DNA from: Octopus sinensis
Taxonomy: Eukaryota
NCBI RefSeq assembly: GCF_006345805.1
Contig: NC_043024.1
Span: forward strand, 19,096,001-19,160,000
Direction of reading: 5' to 3'
DNA length: 64,000 nt
The first letter of the stretch is position 1. The number at the start of each line of letters is the position of its first letter. A model generated the notes under the pieces. The model was not told the origin of the DNA, ran no database searches, and was given only the letters and a program-made list of their open reading frames with translations. Below, piece after piece: positions 22,070 to 34,462 of this stretch. The position numbers and the translations under genes are program-made.

Positions 22070-23830
22070 ATTATATGTTTGACTTTTGCTTTGTCTTTGC
22101 ACAAGTTGGCTCCAAGTCTTCCCCAGAGACATCAATAGACAACAGTTTAGAAGTTCATGTTGGCGTTATGCCTAGGGTGCCATATATTTGCTTTTGTACA
22201 TAGTGTTGCTCTAGAGAATGTTTAAGAAACCATAAGAAAATTAAGTGTGTTTTTAAATTTGAAATTACATAGACAGTATTTTACGTAGCATATGGGCTGT
22301 TCCCATGAGCACTATCTTTTGAATTTCTGCCATTTTTGGGTTTCCTGGTATCTGAGTTAGGTAGCAATCAGCCCCTTTTGTTATCATTCCCAGGCACCTA
22401 TGACAACAGGTATTGTTTTAGTCTTCAGGTTCCACATTTTGCCATTTCCATTTCAAGATCTTTATAATTACTCAGTTTTTGGTAGGTCTTGACAGATACA
22501 TTTATATCGATTGGGACAGTCATATCAATGAGGAGGTATGATTTTTGTCTGAAGTCTTTCAATATGATGTCTGGCCTATTTGCATCTATCTGTCAGTTTG
22601 AATGATGAAGTTCCAGAGGAGTGAGATGTGATCATTTTCAAGCTGGAGGTGGTTTGTGTTCCCACCAGTTTTTATCACGGGGCAGGTCCAGGTTTTTGCG
22701 AATTAACCAGTGAATATATTGTGCAGCTCTATCATGACTGTTGAGATACTCTGTAGGCGCAAGGAGACTGCACATGGAGACCACATGATCAATGGTCTTA
22801 TTTTGTTGTTGTCATGCAGGGGTTGGACAAAATAATGGAAACACCTAGCATCATAGCATCATAAATTTGAAATATCTATAAAACTGTCAAAAGCTTGTTT
22901 ATTTTGATGTTTTTTGATTTATTATTAGTGCTGCTTAATATGTTTCACTAAAATTACTGTTTCTTTTCAGATATCATCAGAAAGATGTAATTAAAATTCA
23001 TTAAAATGACAGATCTATCAGACTTTCAAAGAGGTGAAATTGTTAGTGCTCGTATGGCAGGCACTAGCATAACTAAAACAGACGAAATGTTTGGTGTATC
23101 AAGAAATACTGTTTTGAAAGTAATGACAGCCTTTGAGAAAGAGGGAAAAACCTCCTCATTGAAACAAAACTCCGGAAGAAAACTAAAACTTTCAGATAGG
23201 GACTGTTGGATTCTTATGCAAATTGTTCAAAAGGATCACAAAAGTACAGCTCCCAAAGTTACAGCAGAGCTTAATGACCACCTTGAGAAACCAGTTTCCA
23301 CAAAAACTGTTTTCATGTTTTGAGACAAGTTTTAACATCCAGTCCTCAGAATTTTTCAGGTAGGTGTCTAGGCCAATTGTGGCAATCTTCATTGTTAATT
23401 CCAGTTGTAAAAGCCCACGGCCTCCCTCTTTTCTTGGCAGATAAAGTCATTCTATATCTGCCTTAGGGCGGTGCATTCTATGCATTGTCAACAATTTTCG
23501 TATTTTCCTGTCAAAATGACATATTTCAGTAATTGACCAGTTAACGATATTGAAACTGTAAGTCACAACTGGTATGGCTAAAGTATTGATTGCTTTGATC
23601 CTGTTCCTTGCATTCAGCTCTGTCTTGCGTATTGCCCTTACCCTGGGATAACAATCTCTTCTGATCCTTTCCCTCATCACTGAATGTTTGATTCTGTCCC
23701 CTTCAGATACTCCTACATATCTGTAGGTGCAAGAATACTGCACATAGAGACAACATGATCAATGGTTTCATTTTGTTGTTGACATACACATGTTGGGCAG
23801 CTGCCATTCTTTGATATGCTGGCCAGGTAT
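22070..23830 (-). pseudogene. R4/Dong-clade (RLE) non-LTR retrotransposon relic, rearranged and interrupted by Tc1
   Basis: RT thumb ELNARNRIKAINTLAIPVVTYSFNIVNW...DRKIRKLLTMHRMHRPKADIERLYLPRKEGGRGL; zinc knuckle ETIDHVVSMCS.LAPTEYLN.HDRAAQYIHW; endonuclease LLWNFIIQTD; 3' end abuts a trinucleotide microsatellite. Confidence 0.85.
22817..23320 (+). mobile_element. Tc1-family DNA transposon, left end with transposase N-terminus (truncated)
   Basis: TIR-like caggggttggacaaaataatggaaacacc; ORF 23006 MTDLSDFQRGEIVSARMAGTSITKT..FGVSRNTV...SGRK.KLSDRD (paired-like HTH of Tc1). Confidence 0.85.
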
Positions 23831-23881
23831 TTTCTTGTAGATGGTCATATTATTATTATTATTGTTAATAATATTATTAAT

Positions 23882-24520
23882 GTGGCTAGCTGGCAGAATC
23901 GTTAGCACGCCGGGTGAAATACTTAGTGGTATTTCGTCTGCCGTTACGTTCTGAGTTCTAATTCTGTCGAGGTTAACTTTGCCTTTCATCCTTTCGGGGT
24001 CGATTAAATAAGTACCAGTTACGCACTGGGATCGATATAATCGACTTAATCCGTTTGACTGTCCTTGTTTGTCCTCTCTGTGTTTAGCCCCTTGTGGATA
24101 GTAAAGAAATAGGTATTTTGTTAACCGCTGTGTTCTGAGTTCAAGTTCCAACAAGGTCGACTTTACCTTTCATCCTTTCGGGGTCAATAAATTAAGTACC
24201 AATGAAACACTGGGGTTGATATAATTGACTAGTCCCCCTCCCTCAAATTTCAGGCCTCATGCCTTTAGTAGAAAGGATTACTATTATCATCATTATTATT
24301 ACTATTAAGGAGGTGAGCTGGCAGAGATGTTAGCATGCTGGGCAAAATGCTTTGCAACATTTCATCTGTCTTTATATTCTGAGTTCAAATTCCATTGAGG
24401 TCGACTTGGCCTTTCATCTTTTTGGGGTCGATAAATTAAGCACCAGTTGAGACTGATGTTAATGTGATCGACTGTCCTCCTCTCCATAAAATCCAGGCCT
24501 TGTGTCTATAATAGAAAGGA
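23882..24520 (+). mobile_element. SINE family A dimer followed by a further monomer
   Basis: Head 23882, junction ~24110, (ATT)-type tail ~24285, next head ~24305. Confidence 0.8.
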
Positions 24521-24744
24521 TCATTATTATCATTATTATTATTAGTAGTAGTAGTAGTATTGTTATCATCATGTTTGCATGTTGACACTAACTTTTTCTA
24601 AGAAATATCTTCTGAATACCAACGTTTTTGAAAGTGCAACTCCTGCACACACAGAAGCACACACAAGCATATGAACAGACACAGAAAGATAGAGGGATGC
24701 ACACACACACACACACACACACACGCACATGTTATTATTATTAG

Positions 24745-25500
24745 GGTGGTGAGCTGGCTGAATTGTTAGCATGCCGGGCAAAATGCTTAGCGGTATTTCG
24801 TCTGCCATTGCATTCTTAGTTCAAATTCCGCCGAGATTGACTTTGCCTTTCATCCTTTAGGGTTCGATAAATTAGGTACCAGTTACGCACTCGGGTCGAT
24901 ATAATCGACTTAATCCATTTGTCCTTGTTTGTCCTCTCTGTGTTTAGCCCCTTGTGGGTAGTAAAGAAATAGGTATTTCGTTTGCCGTTACATTCTTAGT
25001 TCAAATTCCGCCGAGATTGACTTTGCCTTTCATCCTTTAGGGTTCGATAAATTAGGTACCAGTTACGCACTCGGGTCGATATAATCGACTTAATCCATTT
25101 GTCCTTGTTTGTCCTCTCTGTGTTTAGCCCCTTGTGGGTAGTAAAGAAATAGGTATTTCGTCTGCCATTGCATTCTTAGTTCAAATTCCGCCGAGATTGA
25201 CTTTGCCTTTCATCCTTTAGGGTTCGATAAATTAGGTACCAGTTACGCACTCGGGTCGATATAATCGACTTAATCCATTTGTCCTTGTTTGTCCTCTCTG
25301 TGTTTAGCCCCTTGTGGGTAGTAAAGAAATAGGTATTTCGTTTGCCGTTACATTCTGAGTTCAAATTCCGCCGAGGTCGACTTTATCTTTCATCCTTTCG
25401 GAGTCGATTAAATAAGTACCAGTTACGCACTGGGGTCGATGTAATCGACTTAAACCCTTTGTTTATCCCCTCCATGTTTAACCCCCAGTGGGCAATAGAG
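24745..25500 (+). repeat. SINE family A tandem array: head plus four units of exactly 180-bp period
   Basis: Identical 60-mers at 24841, 25021 and 25201; units alternate tctgccattgc / tttgccgttac. Confidence 0.95.
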
Positions 25501-25840
25501 AAATAATTATTGTTATAGTTGTTATTATTGTTGTTGTTGCCATCATAATCATTGTTGTTGTTCCTGTTGCTATTATTGTAATTTGTATTTGTTGCTGTTT
25601 GGCATGAAATTCTTTTTGTTCTCTCTTTGGAAATATCTGACTATTTATGATTTAAAAAGCAAAAGTCCTGCATAGACCGAGACGCACAGACACACGTACA
25701 TGTAAACAGAGAGGGATAGAGGGACACAAACAAAAACCTAGATGTGTAGGAAGCGCAAATACATTCAGGCATCACATTGTGAAAATGTCTTACCATAAAT
25801 TGAAATAGGATGGCAGTTTAATTGATTTATAAAGGATGAT

Positions 25841-26215
25841 CTTCTTCTTCTTCTTTTTCTTCCTATTCTTTTTCTTCTTCTTTTTCTTCCATTTCTTCTT
25901 TTTCTTCTTTTTCTTTTCTTTTTTCTTCTTTTTCTTTTTTCTTTTTCTTTTTCTTTTTTTCTTCGTTTCTTTTTCTTTTTTCTTCCTTTACTAAGTCTTT
26001 TTCTTCTTCCTTTTCTTCTTTTTCTTCTTTTTCTTCCTTTTCTTCTTTTTCTTCTTCTCCTTTTTCTTCTCCTTTTTCTTCTCCTCCTCTTTCTTTTTCT
26101 CCTTCTTCTTGTTCTTATTTTTCTTCTTCTTCTCTCCTTCTTCTTCCTTTTCTTCTTCTTCTTCTTCCTTTTCTTCTTCTTCTTCTTCTTCTTGTCGTTG
26201 TTGTCGTCATCATCA
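25841..26215. repeat. (CTT/TTTTC)n polypyrimidine tract
   Basis: Direct reading. Confidence 0.95.
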
Positions 26216-26219
26216 TTCA

Positions 26220-27210
26220 TGTTTTCTTTTCATAATAACTTTATTTCAGCTGCCTTAGTACCAGGCATCTTCTGGAGACCAAGGGAAGCAAGGGCACTTT
26301 TGTTTTGCTATGCATGCTAAAATTATCACCACATTTATTCCATTTTAGATGGAGAATTTCTTTCTGTAGTATATGGGCTGTACCCATCAAGGCTATCTTT
26401 TGGAGATACAAGGGAGTTGCTTAATATACTTCTTAGCTCCCTCCTTTATCATACCCAACACACCAATTACTACTGGTATCATCGTGGTACCAAGCTTCCA
26501 CATTTTTGTGATTTCAATTTGCAGATCTTTATAGTGAGAAAGCTTTTCATATTCCTTTCTTGAGACTTTTTAATCTTGTGGGGCAGAGACATCTATTAAC
26601 AGACAAGTTCCTCTGATGTAGTCCTTGATCACAATGTCTGGTCAATTGGAGTCAACTTTTCTGTCTGTTTGTATTATGAAGTTCCAAAGGATGGTGACAC
26701 CCTCCCCATTTACTACATCCTCTGGATGGTGCCCGTACTACTCATCATGGGATTCAATTATGTATTTACAAGCATTGCAGGGGATGTAGTGCCCTAGTCT
26801 GTCATGTCTTATGAGTTACTCCTTTTCAGCACGGACTTGTCAACCAGAAACAACATGATCAATTGCCTTTGTGAATTTTCCTCAAATTCTGCACAAGGGG
26901 TCAGATCCATCTTTAAGGATGTTTGCATGGTAGTTTCTGGTAGGTAAGCTATGATCTAGCACTGCAATAACAAAACCTCCTGTTACCCCTTTCAGTCTTG
27001 TCCCTGGTAGCCAATGGTGTGTTAGATTTTGATCAATGCCTGGCTTGTACAGGCAGTTAGAGCATTTTCCATGCAGGAGTTTACCTTTCCAGTTGTCTTC
27101 CATAATATTCAAGCAAACCTTCTTTGCTTTTGTTTCATTTTTTTTTTTTGCATCGATGATAGGTTTGTCACTCTTTGGATCTCTTTGTTCTTTCTGTTTG
27201 TTAATTTATA
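26220..27210 (-). pseudogene. Second R4/Dong-clade LINE 3' fragment (zinc knuckle plus restriction-like endonuclease)
   Basis: WKGKLLHG...HWL..TRLK..TGGFVIAVLDHSLPTRNY..ILK...DPLCR; IDHVVSG...IRHDRLG; ILWNFIIQTDRKVDSN*PDIVIKD...CLLIDVSAP...EYEKLSHYKDLQIEITKMWKL...IPVVIGVLG. Confidence 0.9.
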
Positions 27211-27260
27211 AATCAGGAGAAACAATGGTAAGTCTGTCAGTATTTGGGTGTCTTTTGAGA

Positions 27261-27589
27261 CCCTTTCATTACCAACCCGGCTGAAACTGGCTCTGGCTCT
27301 GTAGTACAAATGTCTTATTTTCATAAGGCTTTAATTAAAATCTTCCACCAAACCTTAGTCACAATTTATGTTCCTAACACTAGCTTAATGATAACGCAAA
27401 TTCGTGAAGCGTTCCATATTCTTATAGGCACAGGAGTGGCTGTGTGGTAAGAAGCTTGTTTACCAGCCACATGGTTCCAGGTTCAGTCCCACTGCGTGGT
27501 ATCTTGGGCAAGTGTCTTCTGCTAAAGCCCCGGGCCAACCAAAGCCTTGTGAGTGGATTTGATAGACGGAAACTTAAAGAAGCCTGTCG

Positions 27590-27622
<33 letters not shown>

Positions 27623-27902
27623 TTGTCTCCCTAGCATTGCTTGACAACCAATGCTGGTGTGTTTATGTCCCCGTCACTTAGCGGTTCGGCAAAAGAGACT
27701 GATAGAATAAGTACTGGGCTTACAAAGAATAAGTCCTGGGGTTGATTTGCTCGACTAAAGGTGGTGCTCCAGCATGGCCGTAGTCAAATGACTGAAACAA
27801 ATAAAAGAGTAAAGAGTAAGTTATTTTACTAAATTCTTTGTTATATCTAAAATAATTGGGAGAAACACAGAGCATCTCAAAATAAATACAGTAACGAAAG
27901 GG
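27261..27902. mobile_element. piggyBac-like MITE interrupted by SINE B (27426-27819)
   Basis: TIRs ccctttcattac / gtaacgaaaggg (11 of 12 match); TTAA at the right end (27903-27906); left TTAA absent. Confidence 0.5.
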
Positions 27903-28209
27903 TTAAATTAGTTCATGTCATGACCGGCCACCTTGAAAGTGTCAAATGACAGGCTGACATAATTCATGTAGCATTGTAGAAAGAGGCAGATTCTGAATTG
28001 ACAGCCAGATACAGACAGGAAGATGAAAAGCAGAACCATCATTTAGTCTTCAAGTAGCATTATCTCAGCTATTTCTAATAGGATGGTGATGGTGTTGGTG
28101 GCAGTGGTGGTAGCCATGATAATGGGATTGGATATGTTCTGTCAGTAGGATGTAAATGCTGTCACATGTGTATGTTTGTCTCATTATTATTATCATCATT
28201 ATTATTATG

Positions 28210-28425
28210 AAGGGGACGAGCTGGCAGAATTGTTAGCATGCTGGGCGAAAATGCTTACCAGTATTTCATCTGCAGCAATGTTCTGAGTTCAAATTCCGTC
28301 AAGGTCGATTGTGCCTTTCATACTTTTGGGGTCGATTAAATTAGTACCAGTTACGCCCTGGGGGTTAATGTTATCAACTTAATCCCTCACTCCAAATTTG
28401 AGGCCCTGTGCTTCCAGCAGAAAGG

Positions 28426-28473
<48 letters not shown>

Positions 28474-29255
28474 GAGTGAGCGAGCAGTTCATGCCATCAA
28501 AGTGACACTGGGGTAAAATATACGAAGCCCAGTATACCCATCATGACTACCCGTCTGATAAGGGTACACCAGGCACATGCATCACAACCATATGTGCGCG
28601 ACATGGTGATCTCATATCAAGATAAACAGCACATGACCTTGCAGGTGGAGCCCAGTTAGAATTTTCTTCAGATCGAGTAACCCATCCCGCTCAAAAGGTC
28701 CCTGAATAAGTGTTGTTTAAGGACGTTGAACGAAACACCCATGTTTCCAGAGGTGAATTATTCAAACCCCAAAGAATCCTTCTCAACACATGGCTATGAT
28801 GCTCCCCCACTACTTCTGCTCGTGATCAGAGATGCACATATCGTCAGCCACTAAGGGACATGGTCAACTGGTTAAGGTCAAACAACTGATAAGCAAATCT
28901 GTGGTATTGAGCAGAATATTATTATTATTATTATTATTGTTGTTGTTATTATTAATATTAATATTAAGGTGGCAAGCTGGTAGAATAATTAGCATGCCAG
29001 GTGAAATGCTTAGTGGTATTTTGTCAGCCACTACATTCTGAATTCAAATTCTGCCAAGGTCAACTTTGCCTTTCATCTTTTTGGGGTCAATAAATTAAGT
29101 ACCAGTGAAACACCGGGGTCAATGTAATTGACTAGTCCTCCTCCCCCAAATTTCAGGTCTTGTGCCTATAGTAGAAAGGATTATTATTATTATCATTATT
29201 ATTATTATTATTATTATTATTAAAGTGTTGAGCTGGCAGACTCATTAGCATGCCA
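28210..29255 (+). mobile_element. Chain of SINE A, family D (28474-28919, truncated), SINE A and SINE A head, linked by (ATT)n
   Basis: Each element starts immediately after the (ATT)n tail of the preceding one. Confidence 0.8.
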
Positions 29256-29940
29256 GGATTTGGTAGTCAGAAATTGAAAGAAGCCTGTCGTGTATATATA
29301 TATATATGTGCTCCTCATGGTTGAAGGACCAGGAGAAAAGTTTACTTTGCTTAGAAACTGGATGACATTGGTAAAAAAAGGACCATCTGGCCATAAGAAA
29401 TCTACATCAGTGAATTTTATTGTAACGAATCAGTACTGGCCATAATTTCTATAGTAAATATATAGAGATAACCTTAAAATTTACCCAATCTTGTTGTAGC
29501 AGTTTTAATCACACTGCACAATATTTCGGGCAAGTGTCTTCCTTTAACATAGCATTGGGTCATTCCAAATCTTGTGATAGACCCCGGATGCACAGAAACT
29601 CCTCAGATGAATTGAAAGTTGAAAGGTTTTTGTTACACACTGTATCATATTGATTCTACTTAAAGATTACATTAAGGGTATTCATGTCTGAGAAATTCTC
29701 AACCATTTCGTTTATTAATTCAATGACCATCTGGTTCAATTAATCAAACAACAGAGTTATTTTCACTAAAACTAATTAGAGATCCATTTAATTAAACATT
29801 GTGTCTCATCGCATGTATTAAATTACAGGCCTCTGGAAACCTGTAATCCAGTATGACTTATTAAATGGTCATTGGGGATTAGACCATCACTTGGCTAAGC
29901 TAGTCTCATCATGTCATCATCATCATCAGCATCATCATAA

Positions 29941-30109
29941 TTGTGCATTATTTACATTATTTACATTATTTACATTCAACAGATATTTATGCTCATCTTG
30001 TTTGTTGTTAACACAACGTTTCGGCTGATATACCCTCCAGCCTTCTTCAGGTGTCTTGGGGAAATTTCGAACCTAGGTTCTCATTCCTAAGGTATATTTT
30101 TCGATATCC

Positions 30110-30140
<31 letters not shown>

Positions 30141-30226
30141 CATTGTTCAGGTCACTGCTTGGAATCGAACTTGGAGTCTTGAGGTTTGTAGCCCTAACTC
30201 TTAACCACTATGCCATATGCCCGTGG
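29941..30226 (-). mobile_element. Short element: tRNA-like head, (AAT)n, hammerhead, (TGTAAATAA)n tail
   Basis: Head ggcatatggcatagtggttaagag...gttcgattcc (30147-30222); hammerhead 30010-30055; second 3' copy at 30651-30807. Confidence 0.8.
30010..30055 (-). ncRNA. Minimal type-I hammerhead ribozyme motif (intact core)
   Basis: gacac CUGAAGA a ggcug-gaggguauau-cagcc GAAAC GUU gtgtt; stem I gacac/gtgtt, stem II 5 bp, palindromic stem III. Confidence 0.8.
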
Positions 30227-30559
30227 ACATATAGCCCATGATATGGAGGTCATATATGGAGGTCAAGATATGGAGGTCATAATATAAGTGGAAGGGTATT
30301 GCCAAAGAAGCATAAGGGCCAAGTGTAGTGCAGTGAATGGTGAAAACTTGGGTATATAGATGGAGGTGGGGGACGACAGGATAGCAATGATACAGTGAGC
30401 AGGGCTGTGAGGACAAGATTGGGGAGTGAGAGATAAGCCTAGGGCATGAAAGAGGAAATGTGAGGAAGAGAAGAGATGTAACTTGGTTTGTTGGTGTAGG
30501 GTGTGTGGAAAGTTTTATGGTTACATGTGGGTGGAAAACACTGCATCTAGAACTGTTTC

Positions 30560-30650
30560 CCTGATATGAGAAGGTCTTCACAAGAACCTCATATTGCCAG
30601 ACATCTCGATCCACTGTCACTTCTTCTGTGAGCCCCAACAACCTGAGATT
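30560..30650 (-). pseudogene. RTE LINE extreme C-terminal fragment
   Basis: LGLTEEVTVDRDVWQYEVLVKT, homologous to LGLTEAMTSD*DLWRYAVLEKT at ~36500. Confidence 0.6.
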
Positions 30651-30807
30651 ACAGTTCTGTATTTAAGAGATGAGGAATTATGTACATTATTTACATTATT
30701 TACATTTGACATTGATATTTGTCCTCATCTTGTTTGTTGTTAACACATTTTGGCTGATGTACTCTCCAGCCTTCTTCAGGTGTCTTGGGTGAATTTCTCA
30801 TTCCTAA
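30651..30807 (-). mobile_element. Second, 5'-truncated copy of the hammerhead element, core disrupted
   Basis: Same stems I and II at 30742-30784, but GAAACG is reduced to aaaa. Confidence 0.75.
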
Positions 30808-32404
30808 TATTAAAAAGTAAAATAGAAATAATTACATGATGACGGACTGATAGTTAAGTTGCCACTTGGCAGCACCTCGTGTGTCTTCTACCGAATGCTT
30901 TATGAGTGAATTTGGTACATGAAAACTGTGTGGAAGCCTGTTGTGTGTGTTTGTTTGTTTGTTTGTTTCCTCCACCGTATGGTAACCAGTGTTGTGTTTT
31001 TTACATCCTCATAACTTAGCAGTTTGGCAAAAGAGACCGATAGAATAAGTACCAGACTTACAAAAGTAAGTTCTGGGAATTGATTCGTTTGACTAAGCCC
31101 TTCTAGGTGATGCCCCAGCCTGGCCATAGTCCAATAACTGTAACAAGCAACAAATAGAAGATAAATGGTTATACTTAAAACATAGATATAATGCAATGAA
31201 AACAGAAGAAACAAAAGAGTTAATCCAGTCATTTGTACTATTTTCATTGTACAGCAAATATGGGAGACAACTCAGGAGAAGTTTCAGCCTTGTTCTGTCC
31301 TCATAATACTATCTTATTGTATAAAGACCATGTTATGAAGTAATACACATTAGTCTCTGATATTCTATACTAAAGACATACTCCATAAAAGGATTCTGAT
31401 ATCAGCTTAACTGAAATTTAAATGTACCAGATATAATTAATTTCTGTAATTAAAGCAGTTCTAATTGAACTAATGGAAGAGTTAAAACTCCTACCAGCCA
31501 TCAAACCTCTACTCTGCTTCTACCCCTTCTGAATTGATCTGGTTACTCACACAAGATATTAAATAGAAGCTTTGAAACTGAGCTATTGAGGAATAAAGAC
31601 ATTCATTCATTCAAAGATTCCCGGAATCGTTATAGGAGTCTTAACGATATTTTAAATTTAATTAGCTACTACTTAGGATATAACTTACTGCTAATGGCGG
31701 GGATCAAACGCGCTAATTGAAATAGCTTCGATTGATTGAAGACCTATGTCTGTTTGCTAGATAGACGATGGCTCCACCATCAACACTGCCACCAACACCA
31801 TCACCACCACCACCACCAGACCCACTGCCATAGTCTCAGTCCCCACCAATGCCACCAATGTTACCATTACCAAATATTTCATCTCACTCGGTGACTCCAT
31901 ATTCTTCCTGTTCAGAGGAATATGTCAAAACAGCGAAAACTTTTATCCGTAATCTTTTCATTTTAATGATTTAAAGGAAATACGATGCCGACCCCATTGT
32001 GGACTTCTGGGATTTTCAATGCACAGGGTGTCACTGCTACTGCTGCCACTGCTGCTGCTGCTGAGGTGATGAGGAGGGGTGCTATGTGCTTGTTTGATCA
32101 GCAGGAAATAGCAACAAGATGCCAAGCAAATCATACCCCTTGCGAAAGAAGACTACTACTAAAACTACTACTGCTGCTACTACTACTATTACTACTACTA
32201 CTACTACTACTACTACTAATTCAGCTATTACTACTACTACTACCACTACTACAGCTATTACTACTGTTACTACTACTACTGCTGCAGCTGCTGCTACTAC
32301 CAGCACTACTATCATCGCAATCACCACCACTATCACCACCAGCTCCATCACTACTACTACAACCACCACTAACATCGCCACCACCAACACCGACACCACC
32401 AATA

Positions 32405-32635
32405 CCTATTTCTTTACTACCCACTAGGGGCTAAACACAGAGAGGACAAACAAGGACAGACAGACGGATTAAGTCGATTATATCGACCCCAGTGTGTAAC
32501 TGGTACTTATTTAATCGACCCCGAAAGGATAAAAGGCAAAGTCGTCCTCGGCGGAATTTGAACTCAGAACGTAACGACAGATGAAATACCGCTAAGTATT
32601 TCGCCTGGCGTGCTAACTTTTCTGCCCGCTCGCCA
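32405..32635 (-). mobile_element. SINE family A monomer within (CAC/CTA)n low-complexity DNA
   Basis: Full head to ...gtgggtagtaaagaaataggtatt end. Confidence 0.85.
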
Positions 32636-33139
32636 CCACCACTACCAACACCACCACACCCACTGCTACCACAAGCACCAACACCACCCCACCACCACCT
32701 CTGTTGCTACCACTGCTGCTGCTGCTGTTGCCACTACTGCTACTACTGCCACTGCTGCCGGCCAACAGGCCTTTTCCTGCAGATACTTCATAAATGAACT
32801 GAACACTGCTGCCCTCTATGTCTGTAGTATGTGCGTATCTATGAGTAATATACATTTGTTTGGATGTGGGGATAGATGGGAGTATGCAGGTGTATATGCA
32901 TATATGTATGTTTGAGTATCTACATATGTGTATGCGTGTATGTAATTACTCAGTTTTATTTCAAGAATTCTCGCCAATAGAGAAAGAGTTGGTTTCTAAC
33001 CTAGACCCAAGACTCCTTCATTGGAATTTCAACATTAACAACAGGGTATTTTTGTATGTATGTATGTGTGTATACGTGCAGATTTGTATGTTTTGCTTTA
33101 TGTATGTATTCTTGTGTATATAGTTGCATATCAAGACAT

Positions 33140-33531
33140 GCTCATAATAACTGACAATAACTCTGAGCACCTTTTCAAACTCCACCCATCTAACACCCGG
33201 GGACATGTTTACAAAGTCAGAAAACAGCACAGCTCCCATGACTTTCAGAAACATTTTTTCACGCTATGAGTTGCTGAAGCATGGAACAAACTGCCGGCAT
33301 CAGTTGTTAGTTGACGGAGCACTGCATCCTTCAAAACTTCCATGCTTCCTGAGATTCGCCAACACTACACCTGATTTTCACCCCTCCATACACACACAAG
33401 CATGTATCTGACTCATACACTGTTCACTTCCCAGACATTTGTACATTACTGCATATGCTTTATATGCACTTTTGACAAGTTGTGGTGCACCTGAGCACTG
33501 TATACAATAATTTCATTATTATATTATTATA
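33140..33531 (+). mobile_element. CR1-clade LINE, 5'-truncated 3' end
   Basis: EHLFKLHPSNTRGHVYKVRKQHSSHDFQKHFF...VAEAWNKLPASVV; 3' UTR ends cacctgagcactgtatacaataat(tatt); near-identical to 49920-50285. Confidence 0.85.
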
Positions 33532-33774
33532 TTTAAACGATAAACTTCTGGAAAGTTTTACAGATTTTTACAGTTCCAGTGAGGGAGTGGAACTGTATGT
33601 ATGTGTGTGTGTGTATGTGTGTATGTGTGTGTGAATGTATGTGTGTATATATGTATGTGTGTATCTAGGTATGTATGTATGTGTGTATGTATAAATTTGT
33701 GTATGTATGTGTGTGTATGTACAGATGTATGTATGTAAGTAGGTTTTTTGTAGGTTTTATCTTTCTTTTCTATC

Positions 33775-34180
33775 TTTCACTTATATCAGTCATTAGACTG
33801 TGGCCATGCTAGAGCAGCGCCTTGGAGAATTTTTAGTCGAGTAAATCTACCCCAGGACTTATTCTTTGTAAGCCTAAAACTTATTCTATTGGTCGCTTTT
33901 GCCAAACTGCTAAGTTACGGGGACATAAGTACACCAGCATCAGTTGTCAAATGATAGTGTGGGGACAAACACAAGTGCACACACAGATACACACACACAC
34001 ACATGCAAACACATATATGAAGAGCTTCTTTCAGTTTCCATCTACCAAATCTACTCACAAAGCTTTGGTCAGCTTGAGGTTATAGTAGAAGACACTTGTC
34101 TCAGGTGACATGCAATGAGACTGAACCCAGAACCATTTGGTTCAGAAGCAAGCTTCTTACCACATAGCCATACCTGTGCC
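33775..34180 (-). mobile_element. SINE family B (diverged)
   Basis: Reverse complement of the family B consensus. Confidence 0.75.
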
Positions 34181-34195
34181 TATTTTCTCCTATCC

Positions 34196-34231
34196 CTTTC
34201 TGATGAAGAGCGTAGGCTCGAAGCGTAAAAG
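34196..34231 (+). ncRNA. Hammerhead motif with A15.1G change, in a PLE-like repeat (34190-34330)
   Basis: cttt CUGAUGA a gagc-guag-gcuc GAAGC GUA aaag. Confidence 0.6.
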
Positions 34232-34320
34232 ACTTTCTCACTTTCCTGACTGTCAAACTAATACACTTGTTTGTTGTTCATATGCCTGTCTTCATCTTTT
34301 GCTTTTCTGTAAATTTCAAC

Positions 34321-34380
<60 letters not shown>

Positions 34381-34462
34381 GCAGTATTGCCTGGCGTTGC
34401 TCGGGTTTGTTTCGACCCATTAGAATTAGAATTTTTGAAAAGTAAAAATTTTGTATAATGTA

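Noticed and set aside
25765-26220. Lys/Arg-rich 151-aa ORF (protamine-like)
   Set aside because: Translation of a (CTT)n tract at an R4/Dong 3' end
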